From Nostoc sp. (lineage in GTDB: Bacteria; Cyanobacteriota; Cyanobacteriia; Cyanobacteriales; Nostocaceae): a DNA stretch of 64,000 nucleotides. The translations under genes were made by a program, and so were the position numbers. Each line of letters opens with the position of its first letter. Positions within the stretch are counted from its first letter, which is position 1. The stretch covers positions 32,001 through 96,000 of the forward strand of contig JBALDB010000003.1 in assembly GCA_036918135.1 (NCBI GenBank). The letters run 5' to 3'. The notes below the pieces were generated by a model. That model saw only the letters and a list, made by a program, of their open reading frames with translations. It searched no databases and was not told the DNA's origin. Of this stretch, positions 31,567 to 42,615 are shown piece after piece.

Positions 31567-32252
31567 TTTAATTAAAAAAGTTACATTTTACATAAAATCA
31601 GTAATTCAACGGGGAATAGCTAAATTTCCCCAGTTAAAAACCTTTGAAAGAGTTATTAATAATTAATTATTGAGCGGTAAAAATCTTATTTAATTGGCTT
31701 GATGGGTACAAATGGTAAAAAATATTATTAATTTTAGGCAATTATTAAGTTAGTAAGTTGAGTAATATTACTGAAATAATTTAATGATTGAGAATATAAA
31801 ATTAATAGGTATCAATGATTAAAATTTTCTGAAAAATAAATTTAGGAGTAAAAATGTAACATAGTTGTAATTATATGATTGAGTCAACATTTTCCTAAAA
31901 CTTTTATGAAATATCGTTATTCAGCACAATATCTGATATTTCTAAAATATTCTCTGATACATTCAAAGATATTTGCAATAAGCAATTGTATGGCCAGATC
32001 TACCTAATAAAAATTAGATTCAATTTTGAAACATAATTAAGCACGCTTTAATATAATATAACGTGATTGTGAAGATACTGTTTGACCTCTTACCTAACTA
32101 CACAGGTAAGTTTCTGAATAAAATCGGACTGATATATTTGTAGGAACAATTTAGTGAAATGGAATAAAAATCAAGGAAATGTAAGTTGAAGATTCCGCTC
32201 AAAGACAACTATAAAAAACTTTTTTATACTTAAGTTATGGTGTATATAGGCA

Positions 32253-35105
32253 ATGACATTTACCGATAAACCAAACTGGTTGCAGCAAAGCTTAAACCAA
32301 GAAAGTTTACTGCACCGGATGACAAAACAGATCAGGCGATCGCTCGATCTCCAAGAGATATTAACGACTACTGTTACCCAAGTACGGTTATTCTTAGGCA
32401 CAGATCGGGTGAAGGTATATCGGTTTGATGCTGATGGTAGTGGTGAAGTTATTGCTGAATCAATTCATGAGCAGCGTCTACCATCTCTATTGGGGCTACG
32501 CTTCCCAGTCCATGATATTCCCCAAGAAGCTAGAGAGATGTTTCTGGAAGCAGGGCAACGCTCGATTGTAGATGTGGTTAACGGGAAAATTGGGCTATCA
32601 CCTCTACATTCAAAAGAAACTGGTAAACGTCTACAAAGTAATATCTACTATCGGCAGGTAGACCCTTGCCATATTCAATATTTAAAGGCAATGGGCGTGC
32701 AATCTTCGTTAGTGATGCCAATTTTACATTACAACCTCAAAGAAGAATCGGCAAAACCGCAATTGTGGGGATTGTTGGTATCTCATCACGCCCAACAGCG
32801 AACGATTTTGAAGCGAGAACTGAGATTAGTGCAGCAAGTTGCCGATCAAGTAGCGATCGCCATCGCTCAAAGTCACCTGTTCGCTGAAGCCATCGCCCAG
32901 CAACAACGAGAAGCTACTATTAACCGAGTAACCACATTACTACATAAACTACCAACAATCCAATTACAGGGGGCACTAGAAGAAGCGATCGCTGCCTTCG
33001 ATGGCGTAGGTGGCAGGCTTTATATTCAACAGACTGAAGAATTATACACCTGGGGCGAGCAACCGAAACTACCTTATGAGTTAGGAAATAGTGTCATCGA
33101 ACAGCATTCCATGTGGCAAAACTGGATGGCTGAGTGTAAACCAGGTAATATTTGGGCAACCACTGACCTTTATAAAGAACCGCGTTTACGAGTTTTAGCT
33201 TTAGGGTTCCGTTCCACTCCAATTCGGGGACTGATGGTGATTCCCCTACATTACCGGGAAAAATTTACTGGTGTATTAAGCATTTTTCGCTCTGAATTTA
33301 ACACAGAAATTTTGTGGGCAGGACAGTGTGAGGACAATCGGCGGCAATTACTACCGCAACTTTCCTTTGAAGTTTGGCGAGAGCAAAAAAAGGGACAAGC
33401 ACGTGAGTGGAGGGCAGAAGACATTTCATTAGCCCAAGCGCTATACGATCATTTTTCAATGGCAATTCAGCAGCAGCAAATGTACAAACAGGTACAAGCG
33501 CTCAATTCCAACCTAGAACTGCGGGTGCAAGAGCAAACTGCCGAACTAGAAAAATCATTACTATTCACCAAAGTACTCAAGCAAGTCACAGACCAGATCC
33601 GCAGTACATTAGACTTGCAGACAACTCTGCAAGCTATCGTCCGCGAAGTTCGCTCGCTGTTAAACTCAGACCGGGTGTTGATTTTCCAAATCAAGAGTAG
33701 ATCGGTGATTGTAGAAGAAATTAACGGCAACTGGCAGTCAGTTTTAGAAGTGAAAGCACCACCAGACTGCTTTCCTGATGAGTTTATTAATTTATACTTT
33801 CAGGGCAGAATTCGGGCTGTTAACAATGTATCAGCAGTTTCTTTAAGCAATTGTCATCGAGATTTTTTGCAAAGTCTGCAAGTGCAAGCCAACTTAATTG
33901 TTCCAATAAAAATAGGTATGCAAGTATGGGGATTACTGATTGCCCATCAGTGCGATGCTCCTAGAAATTGGCAGGATGCGGAAATAGATTTATTGCAACA
34001 GCTAGGAGATCAAGCTGCGATCGCCATTCAACAAGCGCAACTATACGAACAAACTTTTAGTGCCGAAACTGAAGCCAGGAATCAAGCTGCACAGTTAGAA
34101 CATACTCTGCATCAACTCCAAGAAACACAAACAAAATTGATTCACACCGAAAAAATGTCCGCCTTAGGACAGTTGGTAGCAGGTATCGCTCACGAAATCA
34201 ATAACCCCGTTAACTTCATCTACGGTAACCTCTGCCACGCCAGCGACTATACCGAACAACTACTGGAAGTTTTACGGCTCTACCAGTTACATTATCCTCA
34301 CCCCCATAATGAAATTCGCGCCGCCCTCGAAGCGATCGATTTTGAGTTTTTGGTAGAAGACCTGCCAAAAATTATCACCTCAATGCAAGTGGGAAGCGAT
34401 CGCATTCGCTCAATAGTGTTGTCATTACGCAATTTTTCTCGCTTGGATGAGTCTGAAAACAAGCGCGTTGACCTGCATGAAGGCATTGATAATACCTTAT
34501 TAATTTTGCAACACCGCCTGAAAGCAAGTCCTGAATTTCCAGGCATTGAAGTAATTAAAAAATATGGTCAGATCCCATCGGTGGAATGCTATGCCGGACA
34601 AATGAATCAAGTATTTATGAATATTCTCAGCAATGCTATAGATGCCCTGGTAATGAAAAATGGGGAGTGGGGAGTCGAGAGTAGCGAGATAGGGAGACAA
34701 TCAGACAATCAGACAAGGGAACAACTAGACAAAGAGACAAATTGCAATAAGTCTTTCCCCTTATGCCCAATTCCTCTTGTTCCCTCATCTTTATATCCAA
34801 TGCCCACTATCCACATTTCCACTCAAGTCTTAGCAGACGACTCTCGTGTGTTGATTCGTATTAGTGACAATGGGCTTGGAATGACTCAAGAAGTGAAAAA
34901 GCGAATTTTTGACCCATTTTATACTACCAAACCTGTAGGTAAAGGCACAGGACTGGGATTGGCAATCAGCTATCAAATTATTGTAGAAAAACATGCTGGA
35001 ACGATGGAGTGCATTTCAGAACCAGGCAAAGGTACAGAGTTCTGGATTGAGATTCCCGTCAAGCCTCCAGTAACAAGCAATGAAGTGAAGGTGGGGGAGT
35101 GGTGA
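32253..35105 (+). CDS. aphC: Knotless phytochrome/cyanobacteriochrome histidine kinase (GAF-PHY-GAF-HK), AphC-like
   Basis: GAF1 'FPVHDIP' and 'VDPCHIQYL'; PHY; GAF3 'DCF...CHRDFL'; HisKA 'AHEINNP'; HATPase 'GTGLGL'. Confidence 0.82.
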   Translation: MTFTDKPNWLQQSLNQESLLHRMTKQIRRSLDLQEILTTTVTQVRLFLGTDRVKVYRFDADGSGEVIAESIHEQRLPSLLGLRFPVHDIPQEAREMFLEAGQRSIVDVVNGKIGLSPLHSKETGKRLQSNIYYRQVDPCHIQYLKAMGVQSSLVMPILHYNLKEESAKPQLWGLLVSHHAQQRTILKRELRLVQQVADQVAIAIAQSHLFAEAIAQQQREATINRVTTLLHKLPTIQLQGALEEAIAAFDGVGGRLYIQQTEELYTWGEQPKLPYELGNSVIEQHSMWQNWMAECKPGNIWATTDLYKEPRLRVLALGFRSTPIRGLMVIPLHYREKFTGVLSIFRSEFNTEILWAGQCEDNRRQLLPQLSFEVWREQKKGQAREWRAEDISLAQALYDHFSMAIQQQQMYKQVQALNSNLELRVQEQTAELEKSLLFTKVLKQVTDQIRSTLDLQTTLQAIVREVRSLLNSDRVLIFQIKSRSVIVEEINGNWQSVLEVKAPPDCFPDEFINLYFQGRIRAVNNVSAVSLSNCHRDFLQSLQVQANLIVPIKIGMQVWGLLIAHQCDAPRNWQDAEIDLLQQLGDQAAIAIQQAQLYEQTFSAETEARNQAAQLEHTLHQLQETQTKLIHTEKMSALGQLVAGIAHEINNPVNFIYGNLCHASDYTEQLLEVLRLYQLHYPHPHNEIRAALEAIDFEFLVEDLPKIITSMQVGSDRIRSIVLSLRNFSRLDESENKRVDLHEGIDNTLLILQHRLKASPEFPGIEVIKKYGQIPSVECYAGQMNQVFMNILSNAIDALVMKNGEWGVESSEIGRQSDNQTREQLDKETNCNKSFPLCPIPLVPSSLYPMPTIHISTQVLADDSRVLIRISDNGLGMTQEVKKRIFDPFYTTKPVGKGTGLGLAISYQIIVEKHAGTMECISEPGKGTEFWIEIPVKPPVTSNEVKVGEW

Positions 35106-35720
35106 GATAGAAAGACAAGGGGACAAATTGTAACAAGTCTTTCCCCTTGTCCCCTCATCCTCTGCTTTTTGCCCTATACCTATTCACTTAGCAATTACTC
35201 AATTCACAAACAAGGTTAATGAGAGAAATTTTAACGATAGACTAAACAAAAGATTAAAACCCACTTAAATGTAGGCTATTATTGACTTGGATAAAAAATA
35301 CTTCAAAAGTAAAGTTTGGTTGCAGAAAAAATTCCTTTCATCCACCAATGCTAATCTAATAATTGAAGCTACTAAAAAAGCTTCCCTGGCAGATACAACA
35401 GCTGCATTTGAAATGTAGTAAGAGGTAAAAGACGCTGTTTAATTTACATCTGTCTCGTCAAAATACATCAACACCCAATCCGAAAACTTACATTGCCTCA
35501 AATATGGAAAAATAGGGGGCGTTGTAACTGATTTTTGTTACTTGTTTACAGAAGCGATGAGAGTTAGTACATCCCTGGCTAGAATAGACTAGGAGAGGGA
35601 ATATTAAAGCTAGTAGATGGTTATGTGTTGTTGTATTTAAAAAGAAATTAGAATGATGGCTCCTCTGGGTGTAAGCTGAATACGAAGTTAAATAGCGAGA
35701 AACAATTGAAATAGCGCCTT

Positions 35721-36491
35721 ATGTCAATTATTGCGCTCAGAGCATGGTATTTACAGGATTATGAGCCGATTCCAGAATTGGAAAAACGCCCACCAGACAT
35801 TCGCCTCAGCAAAAAAAGTCTGCTGAGATCGGCATTGCGAGCGGACTTTTTAGAAGAAAGTGACGAAATTAAGAAATCAATTTGGTTTTGGCGCTATCTG
35901 GAAGGTGAAGATATTGAATTTTATATTGAGGGTAGTGGCGGTTATCGCGTAGCTAACATTGACTTGATTAGTCACGAAATTTATTTTACGAAGCAGGCGG
36001 TGCTGGCTCAGTTAGAACCAACAATTTTTTTCAGCAATCAAACTGAGTATGCTGCAGCGAGTGATGTTCTCAGAGAAGAACTGCAAAAAACTTTGGAGAC
36101 TTTAAACTTGCGATCGCGCCTTCCCTTAACATTAGTAGAATCCTCTCGTCCCAGCGGTGCTACTTTCCGGATTAATCGCACTATGATGCGAAAAATCCGT
36201 AAGAGTTTGTTATTTATCGCTGATACCACACCCATTGCTAGTATTGCTAGTAAAGAAACTCCCCAACTAATTCCGAGTCCTAATGTCTGTATTGAAATCG
36301 GCTATGCCATTCAAAGTAAGCGGTCTGAACAGATTCTACTAGCGCAAATGCAACGCCCAGATTTTGAAGGACAATTTCCCTTTGACTTACCCACACAGCA
36401 AATTTTACAATTTCAAGACATCAAAGAACTGAATAAAATTCTGACACGAACCATTGAAAATCAGCTAGCACGATTCAAATTGTTTTTTTGA
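35721..36491 (+). CDS. Hypothetical protein with a C-terminal TIR-like/nucleoside deoxyribosyltransferase-like domain
   Basis: 'TIFFS...KIRKSLLFIADTTPI...PSPNVCIEIGYA...ILL...FPFDL'. Confidence 0.6.
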   Translation: MSIIALRAWYLQDYEPIPELEKRPPDIRLSKKSLLRSALRADFLEESDEIKKSIWFWRYLEGEDIEFYIEGSGGYRVANIDLISHEIYFTKQAVLAQLEPTIFFSNQTEYAAASDVLREELQKTLETLNLRSRLPLTLVESSRPSGATFRINRTMMRKIRKSLLFIADTTPIASIASKETPQLIPSPNVCIEIGYAIQSKRSEQILLAQMQRPDFEGQFPFDLPTQQILQFQDIKELNKILTRTIENQLARFKLFF

Positions 36492-36790
36492 ACGAGATGA
36501 TAACATTCGGTATTGGGAATGGAAACGTCGGATTTCAATCGCTCAATTGTTATTGATACTGTGCCAAGGCTGTTGAGTATATTAACCTTCATGTCAGTAA
36601 AATCATTGCCTAACAAGGCTTACGAGCTTTTTTAGTACAAATACACCAATCAACTAGGGTAGCACAAGCTCTGCTACCCTACTACATATTTACCACTACC
36701 TTTTATTCAATTGAAAACCGCTTTCTGGTGAATTTTGATTTGTTACATTAATCTTAGCGGTTAACAATTATATTAAAATATCTTAACACT

Positions 36791-36873
36791 TACAGCTATT
36801 GACCAAACTGTAGGGACACAGCATTACTGTATCCTGACAACAGATGTGGTTCAAATAGATGAAAACTCCTGTA
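36791..36873. repeat. TACAG...CTGTA inverted-repeat element with an internal REP-like hairpin
   Basis: ACACT-TACAG...CTGTA-AGTGT. Confidence 0.5.
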
Positions 36874-36964
36874 AGTGTAAAAGGTGTATCCTGTTGCAAA
36901 CACGCCTTTAGCTAAAAGTAGTTGGAGGCGAAGGACAAAATTAAAACTACATAGTTATTAGCAG

Positions 36965-37375
36965 ATGGAACAAGTAATTGAAACTCTCAAACAAGATTTA
37001 CCGACACTTTTTCAAAAAGATATTTCCTATGATATTTATACACAGGATATCTATTTTAAAGACCCAGTGAATACATTCAAATATAAATTTAACTATCGCA
37101 TTATATTTTGGACTTTGCGATTTCATGCTCGGCTATTTTTTAACCAAATCTACTTTGATGTACATGATATAAAACAGTCTGGTGAAGATACTATTTTAGT
37201 AAATTGGACAGTGCGGGGAGTGGTACGTGTCCCTTGGAAAGCACGTTTGCTTTTTAATGGCAATTCAACTTATAAACTCAACCAAGATAATTTGATATAT
37301 GAGCATATTGACACTTGGGACAGAAAGCCAAAAGAGATTTTAAAGCAGTTTTGGCAAAGGGGAGAAGCTGATTAG
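36965..37375 (+). CDS. DUF2358 (NTF2-like) protein
   Basis: 'YDIYTQDIYFKDPVNTF...WTVRG...PWK...GNSTYKL...HIDTW'. Confidence 0.85.
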   Translation: MEQVIETLKQDLPTLFQKDISYDIYTQDIYFKDPVNTFKYKFNYRIIFWTLRFHARLFFNQIYFDVHDIKQSGEDTILVNWTVRGVVRVPWKARLLFNGNSTYKLNQDNLIYEHIDTWDRKPKEILKQFWQRGEAD

Positions 37376-37779
37376 CTGCTAAGTATTTACCTTTTAGAAA
37401 GGCTGATTCAAGAAACAAGCTTTTGCTTAAGGCTATCTTCTGAAGGCTCAAATTTTGTCAGAGCGTAGTTATTTAGTAGATAGGTGCGAGAGGGGCAGTC
37501 GCTATTCTAAGAGCTAAATAGTTCAAATATACTACATTTTTATTTATTTTGCCTAACCTACTTGCTACCAAAACTTTTGGGTATTATTTTGATAAACTAT
37601 AAGTTATGTAGTATAATTATTTATTTAAGTATTATATAAAACTCTTATCTTATTTTTGCAAAAACTCTGTACAACTCAAAAAGGTTGATTCTCTACTCCT
37701 GGCTACGCAAATAAGTTTAAAAACCAAAACGGATTACTATATATACTTAATAAATATAAAAACTAAAGAGAGACTGAAG

Positions 37780-39336
37780 ATGGCAAAAGAGAGTCTGAAA
37801 GTTTATTTAGATGCCCTCATATGTAGAGAAGCATTTGAAGTACAAGGTCAAAACATAGGAAGAAATATTCCTATGATATCTATTCGTGATTTAGAAAAAA
37901 GTTCTTTTTTCTATCCATTTTTACGCAAACCTGATTTTCAAAGAGAAACTAATGAGTGGGAATCTCAGAAAATATGTGAGTTTATAGAAAGTTTTTTAGA
38001 CGGTGATTTAATTCCATCTGTAATTCTTTGGAGAAGTTCTAGTAGTTATTATTTTGTGATTGATGGCTCCCATAGACTTAGTTCTTTAATAGCTTGGATC
38101 AATGATGACTATGGCGATGGTAAAATTTCTAAAGAATTTTATGATGGAGATATTACAGAAGAGCAAAAAGTCGCTGCTCAAGAGGTAAGGAAACTTATTA
38201 AAGCAACTATAGGTTCTTATAAAGATTATCAATCTTTAACACAACATCAAGGACAAGTAGACCAAAAATTTCTCGATAGAGCAAGAAACTTAGGAGCCTT
38301 AGGTATCCAGCTACAGTGGGTTGAAGGTAATTCAGAAAAAGCAGAAGCATCTTTTTTTAAAATTAATCAACAAGCAGCACCTATTGGTGAAACTGAAATG
38401 CGTTTACTACTGGCACGAAAGACACCTAATGGTGTTGCAGCTCGTGCAATCATGAGAAGTGGTAATGGTCATAAATATTGGTCAGACTTCTCACAAGATA
38501 AACAGGATGAAATAGAACAACTTGCTCAAGAAATACATCAACTTATTTTTGAACCTAAACTAAAAAACCCGATTAAAACTCTAGATATGCCAATAGTAGG
38601 AAGTCTCTCGGCTCCTGAAAAGCTTGAAGTCATATTAGAATATGTCAATATAGTTAATAATATAGAAGTAGATAGTCAATTAGGAGACGATCCTACAGGA
38701 GAAAAAACAGTAGAACTACTCAAAAATTGTAAAAAGGTGGCGCAAAGGATAAATAGCAATCATCCTTCATCTCTGGGTTTGCACCCTATTATATATTTTT
38801 ACACTAGCGCTGGTAAGCCCAAAATTGGCTCATTTTATGGCATTGTTACTTTAATACTACATTTAGAAAAAACTAAATACTTTTCTAAATTTATAGATGT
38901 CCGAAAAGATTTTGAATGGGTGATTTGGCAAGATGATATGGTTCCGCAGATTGTCAGCAAAAATGGAAACGCACTCAAAGCAAGAGAGAAAGTTAAAGAT
39001 TTTTATATAAAAATTATTGATAAATTATTAGAAAAAATAGATAAGAAAAATATCATTAAGGAAATCATCATTGAAAAAGGTTTTGGCTCATTAAAAGCTA
39101 AAACTAAAAGTAATGCAAGTGAAACCCAAAGTAAAGAATTTTCACGAGAGACAAAAGCAGCAGCTTTTATCAGAGATGCTTTACCTGGTTCTCCACGATG
39201 TAAAATTTGTGGAGGCCATCTCCCGACTCGTCTTAATTCCATAGATCACATTAAGAGAAAAGCTGATGGTGGCTTGGGTACTTTAGAAAATGCACAGTTG
39301 ACCCATCCATACTGTAATACAACATATAAAAATTAA
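37780..39336 (+). CDS. DUF262 (ParB/Srx-like) plus C-terminal HNH endonuclease, GmrSD-like
   Basis: 'KPDFQRETNEW', 'VIDGSHRL', 'FFKIN'; 'CKICGG...IDHIKRKADGG...ENAQLTHPYCN'. Confidence 0.8.
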   Translation: MAKESLKVYLDALICREAFEVQGQNIGRNIPMISIRDLEKSSFFYPFLRKPDFQRETNEWESQKICEFIESFLDGDLIPSVILWRSSSSYYFVIDGSHRLSSLIAWINDDYGDGKISKEFYDGDITEEQKVAAQEVRKLIKATIGSYKDYQSLTQHQGQVDQKFLDRARNLGALGIQLQWVEGNSEKAEASFFKINQQAAPIGETEMRLLLARKTPNGVAARAIMRSGNGHKYWSDFSQDKQDEIEQLAQEIHQLIFEPKLKNPIKTLDMPIVGSLSAPEKLEVILEYVNIVNNIEVDSQLGDDPTGEKTVELLKNCKKVAQRINSNHPSSLGLHPIIYFYTSAGKPKIGSFYGIVTLILHLEKTKYFSKFIDVRKDFEWVIWQDDMVPQIVSKNGNALKAREKVKDFYIKIIDKLLEKIDKKNIIKEIIIEKGFGSLKAKTKSNASETQSKEFSRETKAAAFIRDALPGSPRCKICGGHLPTRLNSIDHIKRKADGGLGTLENAQLTHPYCNTTYKN

Positions 39337-39410
39337 ATATTTTAAAACTGAGTATAAAATTTAGATATAATGGTGTACTAGTAGGACAGGTTATCGTTTA
39401 TTAAGACATA

Positions 39411-42353
39411 CTACGACTTCTTCACTGCTGGATACTGCTGCAAAACATGCTGCAAATATTGCCCGGTATAAGACTTAGGATTTGCTGCAACTTCCTCTGG
39501 TGTTCCGACAGCAATCAATTCTCCGCCTTTGTCGCCACCTTCTGGCCCCAAATCTATCACCCAGTCTGCACAACGAATCACATCTAAATTGTGTTCAATT
39601 ACTAAAATTGAATTGCCTTTATCTACCAATCTTTGCAATACATCTAATAATTTGTGGACATCATAAAAAGATAACCCTGTTGTTGGTTCATCTATTAAAT
39701 AAAGTGTCTTACCTGTAGCGCGTCGAGATAATTCTGTGGCTAATTTTACGCGCTGTGCTTCACCACCTGATAAAGTTGTCGCCGGTTGTCCCAATTGAAT
39801 ATAACCCAAGCCGACATCAAATAAAGTTTGCAAGCGGGCGAAAGCTTTGGGAATATTTTGGAAAAAATCTAAACTTTCCTCAACAGTCATGTTGAGGACA
39901 TCAGAAATAGATTTGTCTTTATACTTTACTTGCAATGTTTCGCGGTTGTATCTTGCACCTTTACAAATTTCGCACTGCACATAAACATCTGGGAGAAAGT
40001 TCATTTCAATTACATTCACACCCTGTCCGCTACAAGCTTCGCAACGTCCACCTTTAACATTGAAAGAAAATTGTCCGGGTTTGTAGCCTCTAGCTTTGGC
40101 TTCTATTGTTTGCGAAAATACATCTCGAATCGCATCGAAAATTCCTGTGTAAGTTGCAGGATTAGAACGTGGCGTGCGTCCAATGGGCGATTGGTCGATG
40201 ACGATCGCTTTATCAATCGCATTTAATCCCTGAATTTTATCTAAGTCTTTGGGTAAGGGAACTTTCTTAGTTAAATGATGTTGTAATGATGGATAAAGTA
40301 ACTCATTAATTAAGGTAGATTTCCCAGAACCAGACACGCCAGTAACAGCAACAAGCTTACCTAATGGAATTTCTACATCTATATTTCTTAAATTGTTGCG
40401 ATGGGCATTTTTAATAATTAAACTGCGTCCATTTCCATCTCGGCGTTCTGCTGGCGTAGTGATTACCCGCCGTCCTGATAAATAAGCACCTGTTAAGGAA
40501 TCTTCTGCTGCTAATAATGCTTCTAAATCACCTTGGGCGATAATATTTCCGCCGTGAATTCCTGCACCAGGGCCAATATCAACTATATAGTTGGCTGCAC
40601 GAATTGTTTCTTCATCGTGTTCAACGACAATTAAGGTATTACCCAAATCGCGCAATTTAGTTAAAGTTTTCAGCAATCTGCCGTTATCTCGTTGATGCAA
40701 ACCAATACTTGGTTCATCTAAAACGTAGAGAACTCCTGTTAATCCAGAACCAATTTGCGTTGCTAAACGAATGCGTTGCGCTTCGCCACCAGAAAGGGTC
40801 ATGGCTGGACGATCGAGGGTGAGGTAATCTAAACCGACATCTAACAAAAATTGCAATCTGGCTTTAATTTCTCTGAGTACTAGATCAGCAATTTGCAACT
40901 GGCGATCGCTCAATTTTAATAGCTCAATTCTTTCTCGACAATCTCTAATTGATACTCCAGTTAAATCCAAAATTCCATATTGTCCCAACTTCACTGCTAA
41001 AGCTTCTGGTTTCAATCGTTTTCCCAGACAAACTTCACATGGTTGATCAATTAAATACTGATCTAATTTTTGCTTAATTAACTCCGATCCCCCCTCATAT
41101 TGCCTTTGTAAAATTGGAATAATACCTTTAAAACTTTGTTTTTTATCTGTTTTTGTAGTTTCTGCTTTTTCTCCATATAAAAGAGTCTGCTGCTGTTCTT
41201 CTGTCAGCTTGCTCCAATTTGTTTGTAATTCAAATCCATAAGCTTGCCCTACACTGTAGAGCAATTCTAAATAATAAGAATTATCTTTTTCTGACCAAGG
41301 GGCGATCGCAGCGTATATTGGCGCTTCTGGGTCGGGGACAATCAAATCTGGGGCAAATCTTCTTAAAGTCCCAATTCCATGACAGTTAGGACAAGCACCA
41401 TAAGGTGAGTTAAACGAGAACAATCGCGGCGACAATTCCTCCATTACCGCGCCATGTTCTGGACAAGCAAAATTTTCCGAAAATGCTAATTCTTCGTCAT
41501 CTGTTGTTTGTCCTTTGTCATTTGTCTCATGACCAAAGACTATGTTTGCAATCCCACCAGACTGTTTTAAGCACGTAGATAGCGAATCAACTAAACGCTC
41601 TTGAATACCAGCTTTTTTCACTAAGCGGTCAATTACCACTTCTATGGTGTGCGTCAAATTTTTATCCAAATCAATGGAATCTGAAAGTTCGCGCACTTCG
41701 CCATCAACACGAATGCGGACAAAGCCTTGGGAAGCTAGACTTGACAAAAGCTTGCGGTGTGTGCCTTTTTTACCCCGAACGACTGGTGCAAGAATTTGGA
41801 AACGAGTGCGGTCTGGTAATTCCAGAATGCGATCGCACATCTCATCAATTGTCTGCGGTGCAATACAGCGATCGCAAATCGGACAATGCGGTTCGCCAGC
41901 GCGACCAAACAACAGCCGCAAATAATCGTAAATCTCCGTCACCGTACCCACAGTGGAACGAGGGTTATGAGACGTTGACTTTTGGTCAATGGAAATTGCC
42001 GGACTTAAACCTTCGATTGCTTCCACATCCGGCTTATCTAACTGTCCTAAAAATTGCCTTGCGTAAGCGCTGAGGGATTCCACATAGCGACGTTGCCCTT
42101 CAGCAAAAATCGTATCAAACGCCAAAGAAGATTTACCAGAACCAGAAACACCAGTGAACACAATTAAGCGATCGCGTGGCAATTCCAAGTCAATATTTTT
42201 CAGATTATGCTGCCTAGCACCCCGAATCCGAATGGTATTCTGGTTATTGTGCGAGGGAAGATGTCCGTTCAACAGAGAAGCCTGAGCGTTAGCCTGCTCT
42301 GAACGGAACTTCGGGGATGCTGTAAGCTGTGGGTCTGACATATTGGGCGGCAA
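39411..42353 (-). CDS. uvrA: Excinuclease ABC subunit A
   Basis: '[10 protein letters not shown]', two 'GVSGSGKS' Walker A motifs, two 'LSGGEAQR', zinc fingers. Confidence 0.98.
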   Translation of the reverse strand: MPPNMSDPQLTASPKFRSEQANAQASLLNGHLPSHNNQNTIRIRGARQHNLKNIDLELPRDRLIVFTGVSGSGKSSLAFDTIFAEGQRRYVESLSAYARQFLGQLDKPDVEAIEGLSPAISIDQKSTSHNPRSTVGTVTEIYDYLRLLFGRAGEPHCPICDRCIAPQTIDEMCDRILELPDRTRFQILAPVVRGKKGTHRKLLSSLASQGFVRIRVDGEVRELSDSIDLDKNLTHTIEVVIDRLVKKAGIQERLVDSLSTCLKQSGGIANIVFGHETNDKGQTTDDEELAFSENFACPEHGAVMEELSPRLFSFNSPYGACPNCHGIGTLRRFAPDLIVPDPEAPIYAAIAPWSEKDNSYYLELLYSVGQAYGFELQTNWSKLTEEQQQTLLYGEKAETTKTDKKQSFKGIIPILQRQYEGGSELIKQKLDQYLIDQPCEVCLGKRLKPEALAVKLGQYGILDLTGVSIRDCRERIELLKLSDRQLQIADLVLREIKARLQFLLDVGLDYLTLDRPAMTLSGGEAQRIRLATQIGSGLTGVLYVLDEPSIGLHQRDNGRLLKTLTKLRDLGNTLIVVEHDEETIRAANYIVDIGPGAGIHGGNIIAQGDLEALLAAEDSLTGAYLSGRRVITTPAERRDGNGRSLIIKNAHRNNLRNIDVEIPLGKLVAVTGVSGSGKSTLINELLYPSLQHHLTKKVPLPKDLDKIQGLNAIDKAIVIDQSPIGRTPRSNPATYTGIFDAIRDVFSQTIEAKARGYKPGQFSFNVKGGRCEACSGQGVNVIEMNFLPDVYVQCEICKGARYNRETLQVKYKDKSISDVLNMTVEESLDFFQNIPKAFARLQTLFDVGLGYIQLGQPATTLSGGEAQRVKLATELSRRATGKTLYLIDEPTTGLSFYDVHKLLDVLQRLVDKGNSILVIEHNLDVIRCADWVIDLGPEGGDKGGELIAVGTPEEVAANPKSYTGQYLQHVLQQYPAVKKS

Positions 42354-42410
42354 AAAAGGAGTTTCTTGTGAAACAGTCCTTAATAATACTATCTTTAATT
42401 AGTTTATAGT

Positions 42411-42424
42411 AGAACAATCGTACT
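42411..42424 (-). promoter_or_regulatory. Cyanobacterial LexA box upstream of uvrA
   Basis: Minus strand AGTACGATTGTTCT matches RGTACNNNDGTWCB. Confidence 0.75.
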
Positions 42425-42615
42425 GTTTTACATACTTATTGAGCATTGGGCATTAGGAGTGCTGTTAGCGGTAGCGGGGCGTTTAGCCCGTTAGGAGTTA
42501 AGAATTATTCTCCGCCTCAGAGCGTCTTTCCATCTGTTCTTCTCTTTGCGCCTCTGCGCCTCTGCTTGCAAAAATCATCCCCCAACTATACAAAGCCGCT
42601 TTTAATACCAAATTC

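Noticed and set aside
27360..39336. One integrated plasmid or defence island spanning CyRepA1 to DUF262-HNH
   Set aside because: The intervening aphC-like and DUF2358 genes look like ordinary chromosomal genes (aphC is HIP1-rich); no att repeats or integrase seen at the borders
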